This document shows, piece after piece, positions 14,415 to 28,539 of a stretch of DNA of 64,000 bases. Position 1 is the first letter of the stretch; every line of letters begins with the position of its first letter. A program made the position numbers and the translations under genes. This DNA is from Octopus vulgaris (taxonomy: Eukaryota). A model generated the notes under the pieces. It did no database searches. It was not told where the DNA came from and was given only the letters and a program-made list of their open reading frames with translations. The DNA lies in contig OX597814.1 in the NCBI GenBank assembly GCA_951406725.2, positions 158,534,001-158,598,000 on the forward strand. The letters run 5' to 3'.

Positions 14415-14570
14415 AGGCATCTTTAAAGTTTTGGTTACCAAATCCATTCACATGGTTTTGGTAGGCCCGAGGTTATAGTAGAGGACACTCCCCGAAGGTG
14501 TCACGCAGCGGGATTGACTGAACTCGGAACCACAGGATGGACAGAAAACGTCTTACCGCGCAGCGAAGCT
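14415..14570 (-). mobile_element. Degenerate family 1 SINE head
   Basis: Reverse-complement similarity to 3315-3470. Confidence 0.65.
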
Positions 14571-15259
14571 ATATCTATTTAAAATGCTATTCAGATTTCT
14601 TGTTCCTATGGTGAATGAAACTTGTATATATATTCGGTCGATTTTATTTAGTTCAATTCATAATGAAAACAATTTGGCACGAATTCCAAGTTCCCTACAT
14701 GGCCGTATAAACAACGTCTAAATAGGAATGAAGTTTTTAAAAATCCATTAAACCAAAGTATAAGAAGACGCTATAGGAATTTTATGAAAATATCCATTGA
14801 ACAGCTGCGGAAGATGAAATTCTATGAAAAATTTCTTTGCTAAATTCCGTATGAAAATGTCATGGGGGAATTCCATTGAATGGAGAGATGCTAAAAGAAT
14901 CACGGATACAATTGTTTTAATACCAATATATCTATTCTATATATTGAAGATATAAATGTCATATTTTTGGAAGCTGATTACTGGTCTAGAAGGAATTGTG
15001 ATGCGCTTGCATACAGGCGTGTGCCCTCTTGCATACGCGCATACTCGAGAATATGTGAGTGTGTATATATATATATATATATATGCATACGCATACATAA
15101 ACATATATATTTTTTATGTGTATATATATATATGTATTTGTGTGTGCGTGTGTGTGTATACACACGGGGTGTTGAAAAGTCCCTGGCTTTAAGAGTATTG
15201 CAAAAGGCCTGACTGGAGGCCTGTTTGGAGGCCTAGTTGGAGGTCCAACCTTCCTAGGA

Positions 15260-15380
15260 AGGTAGGTAGGTAGGTAGGTAGGTAGATAGATAGGTAGGTA
15301 GGTAGGTAGGTAGGTAGGTAGGTAGGTAGGTAGGTAGGTAGGTAGGTAGGTAGGTAGGTATGTAGGTAGGTAGGTAGGTA
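15260..15380. repeat. (TAGG)n microsatellite; also (GATA)n at 19022-19112 and many (TA)n/(GT)n tracts
   Basis: Directly visible. Confidence 0.98.
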
Positions 15381-17499
15381 TTTCCTTTTTAAAATTTATT
15401 TTGCATGAATTTTCATCTGAAACTGCGTGATGAAAGTAATATTGGTAATTTAAGAAATGTTAAATCATTAAAGATTTTGAACTTACACACTATATTTCTT
15501 TTACACTCCTACAATCAAAATTCACCATAATATCTCTATGATCTTCTCAGTAAGTATATATTTTCAAATAGTTTAGAATTCTAAATTTCTTCCATCGTAT
15601 CCTTGTATTACTGTTGTGTAGAGTTGCCTTTAAGGCAGCGTTATTACACCAGATCTTTCAATTCATTGTGTGTGTGAGGTCAGCATCTGCTTTTCGTATT
15701 TGAACAATGATCCAAGCCAGTCTTAGTGTAGTTTCTTCTGTGTATTTGGACAGAATTTTAACTTCGACACTTTTATTTATTCTACTGTAATTCTCTACGG
15801 CATGCTAGTAGAATATAGGTGTTTGTTTATTTACTTTTTTATTCACATCTTGCATCCTGTTACTGAAATTTGGGCGTTTCTATCATGTAGGTTTTGGTAA
15901 TCTCCTTAAATTGTACTTATTTGCATCTCATGCTTACCTGGAATTAGAAGCTGTAATTCCAGTTGTCCTTCGATATTACACCCAGAAGTAAGCTATCTAA
16001 GATAGAAAAGCACGTCATGACACTACTCTTAAAATCACCGACATCATCGTCATCCTCATTTAATGTATGTTGTCCATGCTGGCATGTGTTAGACTGTTCG
16101 ACCAGGGCTGGTAAGCCGAGGGGCTGTTCCAGACTCCAGTCTGATTTGGCATGGTCAGACTAGGTTAGGAACCATTATTATATGCCTGTACGTGAAAATA
16201 TTTTGTGAGCGTTGAAATTATTGTAAAAGTATTAAGAACAAGCCAACTTGTACCCATCCAGATGCTACTACATAGGTCATACCCATTTAAGAAAACATCA
16301 TCCATGACAGTAACTGCTCAGTGCGCACAGACAAACCACTTTCATTGTGGAGCGACAATTTCAAAGGAAAATTACTAAGCATATGTGTGTATCTGGGCAA
16401 GTAACTTTATTTACACGTGCAGGATAGATTGGCTGAGTCACTAGAAGGTTTGTATTTGTTCCGACCCTTTGCATTATGAGATTAAGTCCCACTTAAAATC
16501 AGCTTTTCATTTCATTCTTCTGAGTTCGATAAAGTATCTCTCAAGGTCTAGAGTCGACTATTTCCCTTGTTTACACTGCTGATCTTATTCATGGGTCATG
16601 AACAATTATCATACGCTTGTATGTGAAAATAATTCGTGAGTGTTAAAGTTATAGTAGAAGTGTTAAGAACAAGTCATCAAATCACTACCTGATTCCTGGC
16701 ATATATATTCCCTACCACCTCTATATTATATGTCATTGCATATATATTTCTGTGTGTGTGTGCGTATGTGTGTATACATACACGTATGCTTATGTGCGTG
16801 TGTGTGGGTGGATGCGTCTATTAAAGAAAAAGAATAAGTAAAATTGTCTTTGGAGGGTTTAGTATCCCTTGAGAAAGAATAGTGAAAACTAGAAAAAAGA
16901 ATCACTGAACTGTGACATAGTGAGATCCCAAGAAAAATGCCTAATAGAGAGGAATATTTGGCATGCGGAATCTCGCTCTCTCTCTCTCTCCTTCTCTCTT
17001 TCTCTCTCTCCCTCTATCTCTATGTATCTCTCCTGTCTCTTGCTCTCCCGCTCTCTTTCTCACACACTCACACACTCACACGCACACACACACACTCACA
17101 CGCACACACACACTCACACAAGTACCAACGCACAACATGCATACATGCACATCACACATACATATAAATATTTCGTGCTTGTATTTATTTTGGTAGATTC
17201 TTGATGTGAAATGGTGTTTTGAAGCAAATGTGGCATATTGAAGCCTGGGTAATTTAGCCAATAAAAACAAACGTACTGATTCTATTTTACCTCTATTTAT
17301 AGTAATTAGTCAACTAAGTATCTAATTAACGGGTACTTGACAAATCGATTTATTAATTAATTATAATTAATTAGCTGTTTTGTCAGTGTCCTTACGGCGT
17401 CATCCGTGGCCATATCAACGTCTGCTCCATGTTTTATTTTGGCTTTTGCTTCTGGTACTCACAAATTTTAATGATCATAAGGGTGTCTATTTACTTCCG

Positions 17500-17569
<70 letters not shown>

Positions 17570-17829
17570 GCAAACTTCTGCTCTCTCTTTCTATATATAT
17601 ATATATATATATATAAAATATTATTAGAGACAAAACCACTATTTTATATATATATATCAACCGTCCGAAGGCAAATAGGCTAAGACAGTCTTTCAGCATA
17701 CATTCAAGTATTTGGACTCACGTGGACTGGTTTCTAGACTGGCATAATAAGTCTAACTTTTCTCAGCACGAGTTACCGTGACAGAGAGCCCGAACCCGTC
17801 GTGTCGAAGTCTGCGCTACAACTGATTGG

Positions 17830-17940
17830 ATTTGCGAACAGGTAGCAGAGTCAAATTTCTCTACCTGAAAGACCTTGCTGCATGCAATCAAGCAATATGC
17901 ATGGCACTTACAGAAACGCAACTAACATCTAATATAGCAG
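17830..17940 (+). pseudogene. Possible APE-endonuclease N-terminal remnant of a LINE
   Basis: KFLYLKDLAACNQAICMALTETQL resembles the ETWL motif. Short. Confidence 0.3.
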
Positions 17941-17944
17941 TTTT

Positions 17945-18419
17945 TCTTCTAGCGCAGGTGTCGATGAATGGTTGAGTGACGAAATCCAAGCTTCTCTGCT
18001 AGTTACCTAAGAGTTACGTAGGGGTTTTGTTCCACCAGGGTAAGCAGGACGTCTTCGTCGAGCTCTACAGATCTTCCAGGACAATGCTTGTGTTCTAGGT
18101 TGTAGTTCCCGGCTCAGAATTTCTGGAACCACTGTCGACACTGGCATACGATTATTGCCCGATCCCCATATCCTGCATTAATATTCTTTGCACTTTCCGT
18201 TGCGTTGTTGCCTTTATTGAACTCATAAAGCAAAATATACCAACTATGCTCCTTTGTCACTTCCATTATAGCTTTGAAAAAATAACTTTTAAACTCGAGC
18301 TGCACTCTTCGAAGCTTGCACTAAGAATAAGGACAAGGTAAAATTGCTACCTGCTTTTATAGTAAGTTGATGCCTGTAATTTATCCCGTCCCCCTCCGTA
18401 TTATTTATGGGATGACCCG
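17945..18419 (-). mobile_element. Mariner 5' fragment (HTH domain)
   Basis: MEVTKEH...LLYEFNKGNNATESAKNINAGYG...QWFQKF. TIR-like TCGGGTCATCCCATAA. Confidence 0.8.
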
Positions 18420-18499
<80 letters not shown>

Positions 18500-19021
18500 T
18501 CAGGATTCAAGTGAATCAGGTTCTTAAATACATGAAGAACAAATACGTACTTACTAAAGTAAGCACGTATTTATACTCAGGTTGTATGTACAATCGCAAA
18601 CGCCCTCCTGAATTTTCATCGAGCTTCAAGGCTACAAGTGTACAAACACTGTACCCATTGAACTGCATTCAATAGACTCCAGATTCACGCGAATTGCAGG
18701 TGCTAGGTAAGGTGAATAATAAATAACAACAGATGGATTGGGATTCACTGCAGCTGTTTCAAATGTGCTTTTATATTGAATAGAATAATTACATGATGCA
18801 AAAAAAAATGTTTTCATCAGATGAATGAATATATGTAAGAGTTAAACATTTCAAAACCTTTGAATGCCATGGCCTTTCGCTTTGGAATTGGGGAGGTTTT
18901 GAAATATTTTCCAAATGAAAACTGTTTTTTTTCGCATAATGTAATAATTCTATTCGTCTATAAAAAAACACGTATGAAACAGCTGTTGTGAACCACAATC
19001 CATCTCTGGTTATTTGTTAAT

Positions 19022-19113
<92 letters not shown>

Positions 19114-19569
19114 AGAGAGAGAGAGAGAGAGAGAGAAAGATACATACATACATGCATACATACATGTATTATTTGTGTAGGGACATGCAACATTTTATCC
19201 CTCACATCATATATTGTAATTCCTCAAATCACTCTTATTAGATTCGGAGATTTTCATGTGATTATTGAGCATTGTGTTCATGAAGCTCAGAGCAACCCAA
19301 AGTAACAAGTAACTTCCGGTATATGTACCGCTTTTCGCTCATAAAGATCCTGTTTTAGTGATTGTGAATTGATAGTTTAAGTAGTGTGCTTATATTCTGT
19401 CTCGAGGCTATCGTTAAATAGTTTGAAAGCCATAAACATTAAAAAAATATGAACTTGATTAAGTGGAAACGGTCAAAATTAGATCAGGTATCGATGAACT
19501 GCCTATAAATACCCTACTTAGTAACGAATGTGCAAGAAAGAGCTAATCACGTGTAAGTTAATGTTGGTT

Positions 19570-20235
19570 CATATTTCGGGCCAAGGCCAACAATTTCAGG
19601 AATGTGGGTAAGTGGATTACATCGACCCCAGTGCTCAACTGGTACTTATTTTGTCGTCCTCGGAAGGATGAACGATAAAGTCGACTTCGGTGGAATTTAA
19701 ATTCAGCATGTAAAGACGGACGAAATGCCGCTAAGCATTTTTCCCTGTGTGCAAACGATTCTGCCAGTTCACCGCTTTCATTTGTAGGTAAATATCGATT
19801 TCAAATTTTGGAATATGGTCAGCAAATTTGAGGGAGGAGTAAGTTGATTATATCGACCTAAGAGCTCGACTGGTACTTAATTTATTCTCCAGCCGAGGTC
19901 GATGTTGCCTTTCATCCTTTAGGGGTCGATAACGTAAGAACCAGTTCATCCCTAGAGCTGATGTTATCGACTCACCCCTTCCCCCGAAATTCATAACCTT
20001 GTACCAAAGTATGAAACCAATACTAACATCGTTCTAAGGTGGTAAACCGGAAGAATCACTGGCATGCCTGGTAAAATTCTTAGCGGTATTTCGTACGTCT
20101 TAACGTTCTAAATTCAAAGACTGACTTTGTCTTTCATCCCCTTGTGGTCGATAAAATAAGTACACTGGGTTCAATGTAATCGACTTACGCTGTGTCCAAA
20201 ATTGCTGGTTTTGTGCCAAAATTTAAAACCAATGT
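19570..20235. mobile_element. Cluster of family 2-related SINE copies in both orientations
   Basis: Repeated GCCTTTCATCC..GGTCGATAAAATAAGTAC cores on both strands. Confidence 0.8.
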
Positions 20236-21197
20236 TAATATCGTTCATAATGTAAGCTGAACTTAAAACTCATGAATACACAGTATTGATACCAACTTAC
20301 ATTTCCTTACGAATATAACCAAAGACTTCCATTATACCTGAACATTTATTTCTGATAAATTTATTCAAGTTTCATAAGAGCATGATTTTAAAATTTTGAT
20401 ATATATTCCCTGTTTTTATATTTTTTGATATCATGTTTGTAGGATGATTAGACTTAAAATCAAATGCTAGATTAAAACCACATGTTACGCAGCATCAAGC
20501 ATAAAAATAAAACACTATCAAATAATTTATTTCGTTTGCAACTGTGAAACTTTACAATATTTCTGTGGTCATGTTAAAAACTACTTTATAATGAAGATAT
20601 TTTATACAGTAAGTAAAAAGTTAAAACTCTGATCAAAAGATGTTAGATTGATATCCCATCATACCAAAACCAAAGATACAAATCACGTGAAGAATCAGTT
20701 ATTGTTTGTATCTCAGTTGGATTCATTCACGTATAATCATTAAATACATAATTGGTAGCAATCTATAGTCTTGCTATAAAGTGGGGTGTGTTTCTTTAGC
20801 GACAATATGTCGGGATACATTACAGTTTGAAGTATTAGTTACACAACTAACCTTCAGTTAGTTATTGTTAATCGTAGTTTATTTGTCTCAGGCTAGTGCT
20901 AACTGAACACGTAGATTGTCAACCAAATAGCCTGGTCAAATCCACAACTTCATAGGCTAGAATATATCATAATCTGCTCCCTCAAATTGAAAAATCATAC
21001 TGTGCATTCTAATAGTATATGACACACTTTCTTCTATATCTGATAAGAGCTGGCGTGAGTACTATGGGTTCTGAAGAGCAGAGAAGCTATCCTTCTGTAG
21101 TAATTATTGGCGCTGTGTATTTCAACACTGAGTTCGCGTAACATGTTATTAATACTTCTACTATTTTTTGTATGCGTCCATATACATATATATATAT

Positions 21198-22085
21198 ATT
21201 CAAAAATTTCCCATACTAGTCATGTAGCGTGCCGACAGATGACAGCACACGGTTGCGTGCGCAGTGAGAGCTAGCATGACCTTCATGAGACAGTGCTCCG
21301 AGTGACACTGCTATGTTTACTTCACAAGTGGTGAAATTCGTGTTTTTGTGATCATGTACATGATGTAGCCTGCGATTTTTGTTATGGACAGGCAGTTAGA
21401 GCCAACGCGAATTTTTTAGTTAAACTTGAGAAGTCTGCCCTAGTGATATTGAACGTGCTTCAACAAACTTACGGCGATGCAGCAGTCGTCACAATGGAAG
21501 AACCCTTCATCTCAACGAAGGCATGACAAAGCCGCAGCTCAATCAAGACCATGATCATCGTTATTTTTTTTCAACATTCGCGGTATTGTGCATAGAAAAT
21601 TCATCCCCTAGTGCCAAAACCTCAATCGAGTATTCTACTGCGACATTTTGAAGCGTGTGAGGGGGGACATTGGGCGAAAGTAACCGGATCTGTGGAGCAC
21701 GAAGAATTGGATTTTTCGCGACGACAATGCACCCTGTAACCGAGCTCTCTTCACTCATGCGTTTCTCGCCAAAAACTACATGGTATCTCTCCTGCACCCG
21801 CCCTATTCGCCAGATTTAGTAACTGTGGACTTCCATCTCTTTTCCAAGATGAAAATACAGCTCAAAAGTCACCGCTTTAATACTGTTGTCGATATCGTAG
21901 AAGGTTTTCGACTTGCTTACAACAAATGGCTTTCAGGCCGGATTCCAAAAGTGACAGGAACAATGGGACCGGTGTATTGCTGCGTAAGGTGATTATTTTG
22001 AAGGATATCATGTTAAAACTTAAGTAATTAAGTTATTTTTTATTAAGCCTAATGAGTCTGGAAACCTTTTGATACAACCTGGTGT
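21198..22085 (+). mobile_element. Defective mariner element
   Basis: FFNIRGIVH, DDNAP, HPPYSPDL..DFHLF motifs and a right TIR ending in TA. Confidence 0.9.
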
Positions 22086-22144
<59 letters not shown>

Positions 22145-22243
22145 CATATATATATACATATATACGTACATATAATTATATATAGTCTATGGATTATTAA
22201 ATTACAAGTTATTATAGTCCATTGTTTGTATTATAGTGCATTG

Positions 22244-22293
<50 letters not shown>

Positions 22294-23628
22294 ATGTATA
22301 TCGATTTATATATATAATTGTCTATGTATCGATATACGTGTGTTTGTGTGTCTATGTGTGTGTCTGTGTGTCTGTGTGTGTATGTGTGTGCATGTATCTG
22401 TGTGAGTGTCTCTGTTCTCTTGTAACTTTCACTTTCACATCTCCGTCTTGTCACACATATTACATCTTGTCACACATATTACATCTGACGGCAGTCCCAG
22501 CATCACTTCTCCCATTCCTTCCTATCTCCCCGGAAATCCATCCTACACAAGTTTTTCCTGCATCTGTCAGCTTTAAGCTTCTAATGAACCATGCGAAAAT
22601 TATAGGCAAACCTCCTCGTAGAAACCAAACGAATGCGAAAACAGTTTTTATTAAATATATGTTTTTCTGAAATTTGCAGATATATATAATTGTCCATTTG
22701 GAGAGAGTAGAAAGAACATTTTTCAAATTGCTTTTTTGCGATTATCTCAGTTCTATAAATATATATTAATTCAACCGCAATACTATAAGACAAGTGATTT
22801 ATTGAAATTAAATTAAAATTTGCTGCGAATTAATTATAAAACAATATACTGCATTTGGAAACTGAATAGAGAGAATAGCTCTAAAAGATTGAACTAACAA
22901 CGATAAGAATCATAACAATTATGTAACTGAGATTATTAAGAACAACGAAAATTCTTCAATCATCGTTGCTTTTGTTTTGATACCTTTTAGAGCTATCAAG
23001 GATTACATTATATCTAAGACATTCTGCCAAATTTTGAGGAATTAGGGTGTAGTTTGAAGGAGGTTTGTTGCTATTTCTAGTAGGTTGAGCAACCGTGTAA
23101 TGATTGACTTGATTATTATAAGATCATATCACATAGAGTTCAAAAGTCCAGCTAAGAGTGCTGAATGTGTCTTTAGAACTATTTGCGATAGAATACTTGA
23201 ACAGAGAATGAAGTTTGCAGAACACTAAAACGTATTTTAAGCAGATTGTTGGACGTGCTTGAAGTGTGCTAAATGTTTGAGTATCTTTCTTGGCAATATT
23301 TGGTTAAATCATAACATGATTTAACTCACATTAAATAACTTCTAACTTCGATCGTACAATTATCATTGAATATATGTGGGCGCTAGTTTGTTAGGTTTCT
23401 ACATAACTTGTCACTTTATAGCAAGAGAAAGAGAAATCAGAAAATTGGTATAAATGTTAGAGAGCTGTTTTAAAAGTTTTTCATTGGTTTGCGTTCCAGA
23501 TATTTACGTTCCGACTAATTATCATCGAAATCCATAACTAAAATACTATCCAAGTACAGGGAGCAATTTCGAGAGAAGCGGTCCTCCCTCTCTCAAAATT
23601 TAAGGTCTTGAGCTTCAATAGTTCCCCC

Positions 23629-23665
<37 letters not shown>

Positions 23666-24800
23666 TTACCGAAATCTCAAAATTCTCCTTGATTGATAAA
23701 ATGCAGGATTCTAGTTCTTAATCGATTTAGTCGTTTACACATTTACTCTGCACTTTTATTGCCATGCGGCAATGTAAGAAATAAATATTTTCACAAAAAC
23801 TTAGATGGCTTGAAGGAAGAGGTAATTCTCCTGTGATCTAATTCAACGATATAGTTTTTATTATTAACTGACGTTAGTTCCTTTGATCTAAGAAAAGAAC
23901 AGACATCAAGGTTTCTGTTTTACCCTTTTATCTTTTTAGATTCAGATAAAAAAAATAATAAATCTCTTGCAGAGTTTTACGTCAATATAATAAATGCCAG
24001 TCTATGATCCAGCTTTAATTTCACTATTCTTTTCCAAACTGTCTTCTGACAAACCAACTTGAGAGCCCCTACCTGGTTATTCTGTCTGTTACAAACAGCA
24101 GTCAAGTCATATTTAAATCACTGCCTACCTTCTTATAATAAAAAGTAATGCATTGAATAATGTTATTCTAGATACACTTGTTTGACAAAAGCATAAAGTA
24201 GTACTATGGCATCGAATGGAGTGGACACATTCATGGTTGGGAGGTTAAGAAGTTCGCTTTGCAACAGTGAGATTTTGAGTTCAGGCCCACTGCTTGGAAT
24301 CTTGGGTAAGGGAATTTACCTAAGCTTCGTTTCCGCTCAGGTCTTGTGGGTGAATCTGGACAGTTAGAAGGACTATTCTAGCAATTCAAAGTTCCGCCTC
24401 GTCACGCTTTTGTCACATTGTTTCTAGCCGAGAACACATTAAAGATACGCATATTTACGGAGTTCTTTGGCACACCGCAATCTAATTCAATTAAATGATC
24501 AAACACCTGGACGCTCAAACGTCGATTTCTAAGTGATGTCAATATAAATTTGATGGAGCAGAGTTGTTCTAATCTACAATAACAAAACCTTGGTCGTTAG
24601 AATGACAACCATTTCACTCTAGTTGCTTTCAAAGTCCAAAGCCCGTTTTAGTCTAACAAAAATAGATGGTAATCATAAGACTGTTGTGTTGTAATTTACG
24701 GATTAAATGAAAGTTTGCTGTAAATCGAATCCATAGTTGCACTTTACTTTTACAGGAAGGTGCTTCAATCGTAACCATGTTTTAATATAGATATACTTTC

Positions 24801-25745
24801 AAACATGCTGTGATTCTTGCCTTTTTAAGAAAGACATAATAACTAAATAATTGAACGCCTGAAGAGTAGCAACTGTAAAACTCATAATTATAGCGACATG
24901 AGAAGTGTATCGCTTTTAGCAGCAATTATAGCAAAATTAAGAGCCATTTCTGATGAGAGAAATAATTATAAAACGTAACACGAAAAATAATTTATATACT
25001 GTTAAGAAGAAAACACGCAAGAAAACTCCTAAATTAATTGTTTATTAAAATGAGTTTGAATATTAAAATAAAATAAAAACACTAAAAAGTACTTAGTGGT
25101 TAATATTTTTTTTATAAGTTTTAATATTTTGAGGTTATATTTTACGTGTTATACAATTATAGATAAAATGACTTCGTAACCACGTACATTCAGGTTCATT
25201 TCCACTCAATAGCAGCTTGGACCAAGGCTTCCTCATAACTTAGGTTTTACTAAAGTTTTAAGATTGTAATTTGGTCAACGGAAATTGAACAAAAGCTTGT
25301 TTTGTATATATATTTGTGTGTGTGTGCGTGTGAATATATGACTTAGATATGTATATAATATGACACAGACAGATATGTTTTGTTGAGTCTTTCTGTTTAT
25401 GTTCAATTGTAAATCTTGAAATCCTGATGTAGCATCGTTAATGCCAAAGCGTAACATGACGATTCCATAAATATAGTTCGATAAAATAAATAGCAATTTG
25501 AAATAAACCCCTGCCGTTGCTATGATCGAATAAAATGCTGTCTAAGTGAAACCAATAAAAGAACATCAAACATGCTGTGATTCTTGCCTTTTTAAGAAAC
25601 ACATAATAACTATATAATTGAACGTTCGAAGAGTGGCAACTGGAAAACTCATAATTATAGTAACATGAGAAGTGTATCGCTTTTAGCAGCAATTACAGCA
25701 AAATTAAAAGCCATTTCTGATGAGAGAAATAATTATAAAACGTAA
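24801..25745. repeat. ~178-bp dispersed direct duplication (24801-24978 and 25568-25745)
   Basis: aaacatgctgtgattcttgcc...attataaaacgtaa present twice with scattered substitutions. Confidence 0.85.
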
Positions 25746-26981
25746 AATCGTATTCCAATATGTGTATGTGGCCTGATTAAGATCATTCTTTTTTGCACAG
25801 TTGTAGTTGCTAGATATATGTAGTGTTGATGTAATTTTCATAATGGCTGGAGAAAATCATCCTGAGACACTATTCAGAAGGAAAACAGTAAATAGGGTAG
25901 GCAGTAGCACACTTCATTTGACGAACAAGAAAACTCTTTCGTTACTATATTTCTAACCAAAATGCACGCTTGTATTTTTCTGTTTAACTCTGAAATAATC
26001 GTGAATTTAGACTGGTCTAACGTTTCTTTATTTATCAACATATTAATGTGATTTTTGGATCACAATTGAACAAAATATTCTTAACTAAATCTATTTCGTA
26101 ATGTTTGTCTCAAAGCGAATCTAATTACACGTAAATACAATTTAATTCAACAAAATATATTTAAATTCTGTTTAAATATCAGCATAGAAAATGAGTTATT
26201 AGCTAATATTTAATGCGTATACAACATAATTTTAATAGAGAAGAGTTGTGCAAATTGCTGGATTATTTATCTACTGAAATTAATGTACATAAAACAGATA
26301 TACCCTAAAGGTAAAGCAGTAGGAAATGGTTATACCTTAAAGGTAAAACAGGACTAAGTGCTAGGATTTGTCTTTGAAGGAAACTAGGAAATGAAATACA
26401 AGCCATCAACTAAATGAAAGAAACTCACATGTATAAATAACACAGAGAACTGCATATGATAATGATTCCCAATCCAAATTAATCAAAAGTTGTCATACAT
26501 CTAACAGGTAAATTAAAATTACAAGTAAATGAAAACGATCTAACTTCGAAAAATATATTTATAAATCATATATATTTACACACCCACTATTCCTAAAAGT
26601 GCTCGAATTCCTAACGTTCTTCCAAGTATGAAGGAAACCTCATAATATTTTTTCCTCTTTGTTTACGCTCTGCGTAAAGATTTGTTTACTCAGTAATCGA
26701 CTTAAAGACAAAATAAAAGCAAAAATAATTTAATGGTTTCGTTTCCTGGTAAGTACTGTGTCTAAGGTATAACATTTTCCTAAAAACAACTGAAAAAAAT
26801 TTTTTAAATTCTTATCAGGTGCATATCCACTCTTTCTATTTTTTTTCAATGCTATCGGGACTGGTGTCAGAATTGTTTTACTTTCGGAACCACAGTTATT
26901 TGATACTTAATCGCACAAGTGGTTTTTATGTTTGCCATAAATTTCCTTGCATTTTTCTATGCCTTCTTTCGAAAATACTTC

Positions 26982-28222
26982 GAATTCAAGCTCGTTGTTT
27001 GACAACATGGGGAAACCACGTGTTTCCACAAATGTACTGGCGTGAATTTTGTTTGAATTTCTCATTAAGATAGGAATAGATCATTTCGGGCGGTTTCCGA
27101 CTGTTAGGTAATCACCGCTGCATCAAAAGGAAATACAACAGATCACTTAAATCTCTTCAGCATATCTATATTTGATTTTTGCACTACAACATGTTCGAGA
27201 TCATGCACTGATGAAAATACACTATAGGCACCACTACACTCATACATACATACATACATACATACATACATACATACATACATACATACATACATACATA
27301 CATACATACATACATACATACACACATACACACACACACATACACATACATACACATACACACATATAGTCATACATTCAATTTATTATCTCCGTAGGCG
27401 CAGGAGTAACTGTGTGGTAAGTAGCTTGCTAACCAACCACATGGTTCCGGGTTCAGTCCCACTGTGTGGCATCTTGGGCAAGTGTCTTCTGCTATAGCCC
27501 CGGGCCGACCAATGCCTTGTGAGTGGATTTGGTAGACAGAAACTGAAAGAAGCCAGTCGTATATATATATATATATATATATATGGCAAGTGGTTTGTAT
27601 GTGTATGTGTTTGTTGTCTGTGTTTGTCCCTCTAGCACTTGCTTGAATTCAACTCGTTGTTTGACAAACATGGGGAAACCACGTGTTTCCACAAATGTAC
27701 TGGCGTGAATTTTGTTTGAATTTCTCATTAAGATAGGAATAGATCATTTCGGGCGGTTTCCGACTGTTAGGTAATCACCGCTGCATCAAAAGGAAATACA
27801 ACAGATCACTTAAATCTCTTCAGCATATCTATATTTGATTTTTGCACTACAACATGTTCGAGATCATGCACTGATGAAAATACACTATAGGCACCACTAC
27901 ACTCATACATACATACATACATACATACATACATACATACATACATACATACATACATACATACATACATACATACATACATACACACATACACACACAC
28001 ACATACACATACATACACATACACACATATAGTCATACATTCAATTTATTATCTCCGTAGGCGCAGGAGTAACTGTGTGGTAAGTAGCTTGCTAACCAAC
28101 CACATGGTTCCGGGTTCAGTCCCACTGTGTGGCATCTTGGGCAAGTGTCTTCTGCTATAGCCCCGGGCCGACCAATGCCTTGTGAGTGGATTTGGTAGAC
28201 AGAAACTGAAAGAAGCCAGTCG

Positions 28223-28253
<31 letters not shown>

Positions 28254-28300
28254 ATGTGTATGTGTTTGTGTGTCTGTGTTTGTCCCTCTAGCATTGCTTG
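26982..28300. repeat. ~663-bp near-identical tandem duplication
   Basis: Identical ORF-track entries are offset by 663 bp (27143 and 27806). Confidence 0.92.
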
Positions 28301-28482
28301 ACAACCGATGCTGATGTGTTTACGTCCCCGTCACTTAGCAGTTCGGCAAAAGAGACTGATAGAATAAGTACTGGGCTTACAAAGAATAAGTCCCGGGGTC
28401 GATTTGCTCGACTAAAGGCGGTGCTCCAGCATGGCCGCAGTTAAATGACTGAAACAAGTAAAAGAGTAAAAGAGTAAAAGAG
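28059..28482 (+). mobile_element. Full-length family 1 SINE (partial duplicate at 27396-27642)
   Basis: AGGCGCAGGAG head through (AGTAAAAG)n tail. Confidence 0.9.
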
Positions 28483-28539
28483 TACTACTCATTCTTGATG
28501 AAGAATTTGGAGATTAAATTCAATCTTTTGTCAAATCTT

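Noticed and set aside
15938-15996. Minus-strand 59-bp segment with good acceptor and donor signals
   Set aside because: Stops in all three frames and no supporting neighbours. It could only be a non-coding or terminal exon.
24945-24990. CTGATGA...CGAAA (partly duplicated near 25718)
   Set aside because: No stem II, stem III or stem I pairing.
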